In this document: positions 54,625 to 64,000 of the stretch, piece by piece
How the letters are laid out: the number at the start of each line of letters is the position of its first letter
Position numbering within the stretch: position 1 is the first letter of the stretch
Notes under the pieces: model-generated
What the model saw: only the letters and a program-made list of their open reading frames with translations
Told to the model about the DNA's origin: nothing
Database searches by the model: none
Translations under genes and position numbers: made by a program
Assembly (NCBI RefSeq): GCF_009834535.1
Contig: NC_045697.1
Span: 17,548,001-17,612,000 of the forward strand
Source of the DNA: Camelus ferus
Lineage: Eukaryota
Direction: 5' to 3'
DNA: 64,000 nucleotides

Positions 54625-54960
54625 CCTTTCATTTAAACCACAAATACTTATTGGGTGCCTGTTACATGTCAGGCACTGTTTTAGACTCTGGAGATACAGC
54701 AGTGAGCAATACAGACAAAGCCTCTTGCCTTAGTAAACTCACATTTTAATAGATGATATTATGTTCATGACATTATATTACAATAAAATGAACAATGGCC
54801 CAGGAGTTGAGTAATAAGCGCTATGGAGAAACTAAAGCAGGCAAAGCGGTGAGCGTGTGCCGGGGGAGAGGCCACAGAAGGCATCACTGGGGAGGCCACA
54901 TGCAAACCAAGACTTGAAAAAGGAGAGAGAGTGAGCGTGAGCCTTGGGGATATCCCAGGG
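54625..54960 (-). mobile_element. L2 3' end fragment
   Basis: CAAATACTTATTGGGTGCCTG..ATGTCAGGCACTGTTTTAGACTCTGGAGATACAGCAGTGA. Confidence 0.75.
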
Positions 54961-57589
54961 CAAGTTCCAGGTGGGGGCAAAGGCAACCAACTGGCTTCTT
55001 TCTCTCCCTCTCCCCTTCCCATCGCAAGCCTTCCATTTTTGAAAGCCCTTCAAGGCCACTGGAGCAGGCTGACCCCCAGGGACTGCAGTGAAGTGGAGAG
55101 ATGGTTCAAGTCTTGATTTTCTTCTCCTGGTTCCTCCCCTCCATCCTCCACCTCTCCTTCTCCAGCACAAGGTATCACAAGTGGGCAGCCTCTCCAGGGA
55201 ACGCCAGAACACTTCCCAGACACCAGCTCAGCAAGCACAACCCCTCCCCAGCAGATGCAGGGACAGGCTCCCCTGGCTGGCCGGAGGGACTGGCCTGGAG
55301 GCGCGGCAGGAAGAGCTGGCTTGCACACGGCATCTCAGCACCCCATCTGCCGAAGACACAGCAAAATCCACCTGCACAGGAGCTGCCTTTCCTTAAATAG
55401 TGGAAGAGATGTTCGGAAGGAAATGTTTCTAAAAGCATCAGTGAAAAGTTAACAAAAGATTAAAAAAAAAAATCTGCAACAGCCCTGACCTTCCCTTTTT
55501 GAAACAATAATGGTTGGCTTGAGCCTCAGGTGAGTAGAAAGACCCTGACGTTCGCTCATCGGTGTGAGCACAACAGTAAACCAGTACAACCCGAAATGTC
55601 CGTGGTGAAAGGCGTCCACCTCCAGTCTGTCACAGATGAGTGCTTGTGCAAAATACGACAGAAATCAATTACTAGGAAAAAAAGAATTGAAGAACACATC
55701 AAGGTCCCAAGTGTTTGTTAGATTCAGCTGACATAAAATCATGCTGTCAGACTGCTATGAAAAGTTTCTGAATGCTTATTCTCAATGTCTGCACTTGTCT
55801 TGGACCAGAAACAGCAGCTCGCAGCCTGGCACTGAGCCCAGTGATGCTCCCAGGTATGTGGATGTTAGAGCAAGGCAGGCACCCAGTTATATATCAAAGG
55901 TTCCAGTGATACATGAAGCTGGGGACAGGGCTGCTTTAGGAGACAGCGATTCAGAGACCAGTGATGTGACTGTCAAACATTATTTACTCTGCAGCCTGGC
56001 TGAAAAGAAATCTACCAAAATAAAGTCAAGCATTTCTCCAGTGGCTGCAAAACAATGGCTAATTAGAAACACATCCCTTCCAAGGGAATTCACAGTAAAT
56101 CTACCCCAGCTTTCAAATTGACCCCCGGGGTAAGGTAGGGTGGGGGAGACTCCCATTTTAAAGCAGGTGACTGTAATTTTCTTTCACATTTCACAGGCTG
56201 GCTTGTCAACACACAGTTCTTTTCTATTCAGTCCTTCCACCTCCTCAACTCTCAAACAATAACTTTGAAAACTAGAAAATGACTGTTCTGATATGGTGCC
56301 TAATTCCTTGACATATACCTTAAGGAACAAAAAGGAAAAAGACAGAAAGAAAGAAAGTAGTACATTTCAAAGCACTCAAAATAGAGGAGAAAAGTTCACA
56401 CTATTCTTTTGACCAAAAATAACACCCATGACTCACACACATTCACTATAACAATCCATCAAGCTAACACGCGGTGCCTGCTTATAATTTATCAGCTATG
56501 CAGAGCGTTTTGTCTCTGTGTTATTGAGAAGGACTCTGTGACCATCAGTTTAGAATAGCCGCACTATGTAAAGGAAATGTCAGGGAAAAAGTGTCAGACC
56601 GTCTAACACTGGGAAGAATTTCATAGGGAAGGAGAACGAAATCAAGAGATTATTTCCTCTAAATCTCTGGGGCTGGGAGTAGCATAAATAGTAAAAACAT
56701 GAAAAGGTTTCAAAAGAAGCTTCTTTTTAAATATTCAGATCTAGCCAGGGCTGACGTTCAAAGGTTGACATTTTAGCTCTGATAATAGTGGAATGCTGAA
56801 TACAGCACAGTATACTGTAGAATCTATATGCATAAAAGTCACTTTTTCTAGCTAAGAGTTTATCTATTAAAATTGTGATGGGGATGGGAGAGAAAAGAGA
56901 TTTGATGAAAACATACTGGGAGATCCGAGGCCGAAAGGACATTATAGCCCTCCATTCAGACACATCTTCCTTTGTCAAGGAACAACTCAAACTCCAATTA
57001 CAACTGATGTCTGCAGAAGCATCCAGCCAAGGCCAGCCCTAGTGTGGGGACAGTGATGCTCACAGACATGCTCTCTGCACAGAGATGGAGACTACAGATC
57101 CTGACAGCTGTTGCAAAAGCAGAGATCTGGGAGCTGAGAGAGCTGTGTGCCTCTCGCCCCAACCTCTCTGCCATTTTGCAGAAATTCTCACTGCGGCAGA
57201 TGGGTTGGTCACCCAGGCAAGGGGAGCTGTTCCTCTACATTTCTTCAAGTCAAGTCCTACTGCATCTTCAACTCTAGGTCCTGCCTCCACCGCTGTTTGA
57301 AATTTCCTTACAAACGCCACAAAATATGTCAAAGTTTACACTATAGATGCAATACATTTTTTTTAACTTATAAGACAGGATGGGAGATTTTTAAAATGCT
57401 ATATCACATTTGGCAACGACAATCACTGTGAAGGAACCTGATTTTCAATGATCAAGTAACCAATACTGGTTTATCAGGAAGGCAGTTCAGGGTACCAGTT
57501 GTAAGAAATAGCCCAACATCTTTTAGATAGGGGGAAAAGGATCCACTATAATCCATTCTTCTCCCTGATGTAAGAAATGAAAAGTTGGG

Positions 57590-58137
57590 TACGAGGGGCT
57601 CAGAATATGCTACCCCCCAAATATGCTCCTTTTCCAGGAGGATTATTTTGATCTGAAAGAAACTGAGAATCAATAGATACAGAGAATACTCTTCTCTCCC
57701 CTATTCAGCCTAAAAACAGGGTATAAATTCCCCATCGTGAGGATGTCCCATTCTCTCCCGTACCTGGAAGAGAAGAGCAACTGATCTAGACACGGAGAGT
57801 CGTTACCATGATGAGTCTGCAGAAACAAACCTTACTAAAATAACCCTGTCTTCCATTAGTTTCCCCATACACTTCCTCATCACTCTCCCACAAGGTTATC
57901 ATCCCTTGATGTCCAAACCCCTTTCTTTTATTGAAATGGTAGATAAGCCCCTGAATCTAAGCCTTTCTTTGAGTTTCACTTCTTCTTTGTGCACGTCTGT
58001 GCACGTCTGTTCACATAAAATGCTCATGAAATTGTATGCTTTTTCTCTCCCATTAATCCATTGTTTGTCAGTTAAATTTGCAGGTCCCCATGCACTGAAC
58101 CTAAGAGGGTAGAGGAAAAGATTTTCCTCTCCAAAAG
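57590..58137 (+). mobile_element. Solo ERV1-type LTR (MER34-like)
   Basis: Starts GGGGCTCAGAATATGCTACCCCCCAAATATG and ends AACCTAAGAGGGTAGAGGAAAAGATTTTCCTCTCC. Confidence 0.7.
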
Positions 58138-60459
58138 ATAAAAATGAAATGAAAGAAAGCGATGAAAAGTTTAAGATTAATCCTTCAGTCTTGCGCTATC
58201 CAGACACCAGGAAGGGCAGTAAAATGCAGAAGGTCACGCATTTTCCTGAGTCCTTAAATAACTCAGCTCAGCCACCAGGAGGGGAGAAAGGCAACATTCC
58301 AGTTACAGTTCCTCAAGTCATCCCAAAATCTTTGTAATTTACTAGATACACAGCACTTCAGTAACTTAGCTGTGGAAACGTCATCCTCCATCATGATGTA
58401 AAAATTATGCATATTAGCGAATCCTATAATTTACTCCTCAATTTGCTGACATATCAAAACTGGAATTCAAAAATGAGAGGTGGAAAAAAAGAATGAGAGA
58501 GACAGGTAAAACCTTGGCCCAGGCACTTCCTCACGAAACGTTATTAAAAAAAAGTGTGAAAAAGAGAGAGACAAGATTTAGAAACTGCTGCTCAACTACA
58601 CGGTGTTGACCCCTGAACCCTTTAAACCCGCACCTTCGGTAGGGTAAAGTACTCGATTAAGCAAGAATATGTTAAAAAAAAAAGTTTGATGAAATGTCAA
58701 GAGTGCTTGAACGGTGTGATTGATAGCAAATTTAATTGCAATTTCTACTCTGCTGCTTTGGTCTACGGCGACTCTTGTGTTAATAGAGTGAAACTTGCTT
58801 TGCTGAGCAAAGGCTCCCTATTCATAGCGACTGCCAAAGTGATGACCTCTGTCACAGTGACAGTTTTCTTGCTTACAAAAAACAACCACCCAAGCGCCTA
58901 GACCACATGCATTTTTTGGCTGCTGCAGCCTACTCCCACCTCATAATCTCAAAACACATTTGCGAACGAAGGCATTTCCGGGCTCACAGGCAAACACTCT
59001 TCAATAAGTCTGGGAGGTTACTATTTAAATAAATGTTTGCTTAATCTTGGCCATTATGCTTCTGCAGCTGCAGCTGGCCCCACTAAGGGGCCATTAGTGG
59101 CTCCCTTAATAGCTCCCAGGTTCTGACTCCTTGAGCCTAAATGTCTCCATCTATAAATTGGGGGGTGCTCTCACCTTCCCGGCAAACATCGTTGCAAGGA
59201 TCCGAAGCGCTTATAAGCAGGAAGCAGGAGTGCTCAGAATGAATTTACTGTTATTATGATTTTGGGGGGGGTTCCTGCAGGCTGAACCCTGGATTTCTTC
59301 CCAGCTTCCCTGGTGTAACAGTAAAATCGTACTGTTCAAAGTGTTATAAAAAGAAACATCTCAAAACACTCGAGATATTTGAAGGAAGTTTTGGGTTCTG
59401 AGCATCAAACCAGGACGCATGTACAAAGTTGCTCTGATTTGTGGTCACTGGGGACAATAATAAGATTGACCAAGAAAACGTTTCTCCTGAAGTAAAAGGC
59501 TGCCTCCCATCCCACAGAGGGCCACTCTGTGCTCTGATTTCTCCAGGGTTGTCATCCTGGCACATGTCACCATCTAAATAAGCCATGACTTTTTAAGGGA
59601 AAAAAGCAAAGGCTCCCTCCTGGACCAGGAGGAATACCTCCCACAGTACATTGACTTGAAATCAAAACAGGGGAAGACAAAGATGTGTTTGATTGTTTAT
59701 TCAAGGAAGAGTTTGCAAGGGGGAAAATGCGTTGCCGTGACCCCAAAGAATCCCGTCTTAGAAAAATATTAACCCAAGATAATTTAAATTCCCCTTTATC
59801 TCCTTTGGAGGAACTGCTTGTTTAGCAAAAGAAAAATATTTAAAGGGTCGTCTGAGATCTTTCGGTGATCTCGCACTGCACTGAAGAGAGGTGCTCTGTG
59901 TACAGTTCTGCCTGGAGTATCAAGAAGAAATTTTCATTTCAATATCCCATGAGAAGCTATTAGCGAAATCACTGTTGTCACGATTTCTCCACAGCTTTTT
60001 TAACGGATGATTTGCCATTGGAAATTGAGTTGTTTTAAAAAGGATTCTAAGTTCTAAAAGACAGCCTCAACAACCATTATTTCTAGAACTACAAACATGA
60101 AAGTTCTGTCCTGTCCTGTGAGGAGGAGACAATAAAGGAGGAAGATATTATGGCCAGATATTCGGTGTCATGAGAGAGAACCCTGGCTTAACAGGTAAAG
60201 ACTCCTAGCTCAGTTTCTGGTTCTCAGCCACTTCTAAGCAGAGGACTTTGGATAAAGCACTTCATCTCTGAGCTTCCAAAATGGGTTGGATTAAATATTG
60301 TCTATGCTTTTTCCTTGCTCAGTCAGCCTACGAGTCAAATCTGGAACAAAACCCTGAACTAGAACATTGAACTACAAGTCAACAGATCTGGGTTTTTCAG
60401 TCCTACTCAATTAACCTGCTGTGTGACCATAGGAAAAGTAAAAAAAAAAATAGCCAACA

Positions 60460-60690
60460 CCCACTGAGCACTCACCGAGTACAAGGCAACAAGCGTTAGA
60501 AGCATCATCACACCAATTCCTCATAAAAACTTTATGAACATATCTCATTATTATGTTCATTTTGGAGAGGAGGAAATTGAGTCTCAGAAAGGTTACACAA
60601 CTTGCCTAAGGTCAGCCAGCCAGTAAGTGGAAGTATTAACTTTGAATCCATATAATTGGATGTCAGAACCCGAGCTTTTATCTACTGCCA
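60460..60690. mobile_element. MIR SINE
   Basis: CATTTTGGAGAGGAGGAAATTGAGTCTCAGAAAGGTT..AACTTGCCTAAGGTCA. Confidence 0.7.
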
Positions 60691-60884
60691 ACCATGACGC
60701 TGCCTTGAGACTTTATGAGAGACCTAACTTGCCAGTGTGACCTCAGAAGACAGCCGGGAGGTGACACACGTGCACAGACACCTACGTTCATGCATGTGTC
60801 CACACGTGGTCTCTGAAAAGTACAAAACATCGCAAAGACTGAAGACGGGGTATTTCTACTTATATTTGAGAAGAACCCTCAATA

Positions 60885-61252
60885 CATTTACAGTCAGCTT
60901 GAGCGACTACAACAAAATGCCAGAGACTGGGGGGCTTAGAAACAACAGACATTTATTTCCCATAGTTTCAGAGGCTGGAGATCTGAGATCAGGGTGCCGG
61001 CACAGTCAGGCTCTGGGGAGGGCCCTCTTCCAGGCCGCACATCTCTTGTTTCCTCACATGACGGAGAACAGAACAGAGAAGCCAAGTTCCTCGTGACTCT
61101 TACAAGGGCCCTGAAGCCCATCATGAAGACTCCACCCTCATGAGCTCATCCCTCCCAAACTACCTCCCAGAAGCCCTACCTCCTCATAACATCACCCTGA
61201 GGAGTAGGGTTTCAACATACGAATTTGGGGGACATAAACATTCCTCCATAAC
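60885..61252 (-). mobile_element. MaLR LTR (MLT1B/C-like)
   Basis: AAACAACAGACATTTATTTC..AGGCTGGAGATCTGAGATCAGGGTGCC...GGGGGACATAAACATTC. Confidence 0.8.
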
Positions 61253-62559
61253 ACAGTGATCACAGTAACCTCTCCTTCTGAGCTGAGACATGAACAGGGA
61301 AAGAGTCTGTAGAAATTCCTCCTTCAGCTCAAGAAACGGGAGCCACAGCTCCAAGGCCGACAGGCAACGAGGTGCTCAATGCGGCATCTTCTCCTCTTCC
61401 AATATGTGGATCCACTGACCCCCGTGTACCATCTGTTACCCCGGCAGCTGGTTCCCGTTTCGTGCCTTCTGCTCACACAAGGTACATTCACTTTGCAGCT
61501 GGAGGGGTAAATACTTCACCTACTGTTTGCCTCTGGGATAAATACGCGATGTAAGGCGATACTAGGTCAGGGTGCACGCTTCTACCCTCTCTTTCTGCTG
61601 ATGAACAAGTGAAGAAGGTAACTGCGCCTCTCCCTTCCAGTACTGGCACATGGATGCCAAAGCAGTCTGCTTCTGGCCAAATGGAAAGTTGCACTGTAAC
61701 CAGTGCATGCAAATTTAAGGGTGCATTTTCTTCCCCACACTGAGCTAATGAAGAGGGCATCTTAGCACCTGCCCCCATCCAAAAACCATCACATGCCTTT
61801 ATAAATAACTAAAGGTAAATAACACTTGAAAACATGTCTTTTAAACAGGTAAGATTATTTTTCCAAATACTGGAGCTATTTTCCCTCACTGTTTATCAAG
61901 ACATTTCTTCCATTGCTCGGCCAGAATTCCTCCCTTGACTTTGGCCTCTAGTTTTCCTCTCCATAGCACCTATTACCATTTAACATCCTATATACTTTAA
62001 TCGTTTTGCTTATTGTCTGCTCAGAGCACCCCTACCAGAATTAAGATGACTATACTATTAATCATCCAAACCAAGACAATCTGGAGTGCGAAAGGGGCAC
62101 TAAAACAAACCATGCCGGGACAAGAGGCGAAACCAACCCTGAGGTCACCCAAAGTCTGGTCACCCAAACTGCAATGCAAGGTCCACACCCTCAGGGATCT
62201 GGGTCTGACTTTTTTCACCCTATGTCCCTAGTGTCTAATTAGCACAGGACACCCATGAGGTGTTCAATATTTACCGAGTCATGCTGGCTCCCAGCATGAG
62301 CTCTGAGTGGACTGCAGGACTTTGAACTCTGGCTCTGTCAACAATTACGTTATTCCCCTTGTGTAATTGACTTGCCTGCCACAGGCCTTGATTTCCTCAT
62401 TTGTCTGATGGCCCCCACCTCCCATGGCTGTGTGAAGATTCAATGGGATCGTCCACAGTGTGATGCTGGGCACAAGGGCCGACACTCAAGAATGTGCACT
62501 CAAAACTACTGGCTGCTATGGTTATCACTTGTCACCCCAAGACTGTCTTAAGAAGGTGT

Positions 62560-62995
62560 CCAAAGCAGATGGTTAAGGCTCGGTCTACCCATCTCTTCAA
62601 CATGACAACAGCAGAAGCTGCCTGGCATCTATAGGATGCCTGGCCACACCCGTCTGACCCTGAAATGGGCCCCTAGCCTGAGCCTGGCCTGGGAGAACTC
62701 TCCTCTGGGACCAGGGAGCAGCTTTCTTCTAGTGGTCCAAGATGTGGCGTCTGCAGCTCTCATGTGGTCAGCAGCCACGCTTCCCATTCCACAGAGAAGA
62801 CAGGTCCACAAAAAGAAATTACAGCTGACACAGAGAATGCTGAGGGCAGAGGAGAGACCTGGGGGCACCTGAGCCCTGGTGGCAGCTGGTCCTGAGGTCT
62901 GGCTGCAATTCTGTCCCACTAGGTGGCTATTCAACCAACCTTTCTGAGGCCCTTTGAGCCAAGAACTTCCTCTTTGGCCCCAACTATTTCAAGCT
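62560..62995. mobile_element. Old MaLR LTR remnant (MLT1J-like)
   Basis: GCAGCCACGCTTCCC, CAGCTGGTCCTGAGG and TGAGCCAAGAACTTCCTCTTT motifs. Confidence 0.45.
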
Positions 62996-63414
62996 GCCGA
63001 GTATAAATAAAAAGGGTCCCGGTGCTGAAGACTCTACCTGCATTATCTCATTTATTCCTTACAGCCACACTATATGGTGGGCACCATGTTTACTCCCACT
63101 TTGTGGATGAGAATGCTGAGACTCACACACCCAAAAGACTCTTCCCAAGGCCACACAATTAGTTTGGTGGGTGTCACTGCTCACTCCCGAATCCCTTCTA
63201 TCCTGGTGATTAAGACAGTTAATGTATAGTACCCCCTTGGTGAATGTTAGTAAGCCAGAAAGGGGAGCACATCCTATACTGGCCCAATCAGACCAGAGGG
63301 AAGGACTTATATTCCATGGCTGGGTGTTTTGCCTCTTCTGTTTGGGGAACCAGCCTTTAGAAGAAAGCTGATGTTAAGTTCAAGAGGAAGCTGACGTTAA
63401 AATTGGCGCAGCGA

Positions 63415-63605
63415 TAGAGTCGTCAGATAAAATACAGGCTTCCCAGTTCCATCTGAATTGTAGATAAATAACCATTAATGTTTAAGCATAAGTATGCACT
63501 GAATATTGCATGGGACATACTCTTATACTTAAAAAGTATTCATTGTCTACCTGAAATTCAAATTCACCAGGGTATCCTGTATTTTTATTTGCCAAGTGTG
63601 GTACA
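63415..63605. mobile_element. MER53 palindromic hAT MITE
   Basis: Arms CAGATAAAATACAGG...CTGAATTGTAGATAAA...TAAGTATG and CATACTCTTA...TCTACCTGAAATTCA...CCTGTATTTTTATTTG are reverse complements. Confidence 0.85.
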
Positions 63606-64000
63606 GAGGGGAGAACAAGTCATGATGACTGTGCAGCATCTAAGGCCCGCACCACCTCTCAGCTTCTGGTTATGCGAGGGCATCGATCCCTTTATTGTTT
63701 AAGAAGTTTCGAACGTCTATCACTTGCACCCCAATCCTTCCTATGTCATGCAGCAAGGCACTGGCTCTAACCCAGGCAGGAAGGATGCAGAGCCCAAGCT
63801 CACATCACCACACTAAATCCTAAAGGGACAGAAACTAAATGCCGTATTGAAAGCTACAAAGCCAGTGCTTAGGACATTGAACTCGGTTTTTTTTTTTTAG
63901 AGCTGTAAAAATGCAGCTTGACAGACTTACTGGAATTCATCAGATTCTCTCCAGTCAATGTAAATTTTTTATTAGAAAGTCACGGAAAGTGAATTCACTT

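Noticed and set aside
52000..64000. Next upstream CCDC149 exon (DGDPSLPPEKRKQ-like) or promoter CpG island
   Set aside because: Not found by eye in this interval; presumably beyond the window

Overview
This is mammalian genomic DNA, most likely from a camelid, because it carries tRNA-Ala-derived SINEs of the vic-1 type. Bases 1-~725 look like the end of the SOD3 3'UTR (+ strand, ATTAAA signal). Most of the window is the 3' part of CCDC149 (- strand), tail-to-tail with SOD3. I traced nine phase-consistent CCDC149 coding exons from 51956 down to the stop at 9013, including one GC-AG intron; the 5' exons lie beyond the window. The rest is intron and intergenic DNA with typical repeats (L1, L2, MIR, MaLR/ERV LTRs, hAT and Tc/mariner MITEs, microsatellites). 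Gene and repeat-family names come from recall, not from searches, and repeat boundaries are approximate. I found no prokaryotic-type system or new gene family. The most interesting signal is several exon candidates at the 3' end of CCDC149 that the ORF track misses, all in phase 1: a 33-nt microexon with neural-splicing motifs, a distal last exon at 4692-4852, and weaker candidates near 12.5-12.9 kb. Together they suggest interchangeable C-termini, which RNA data would need to confirm.
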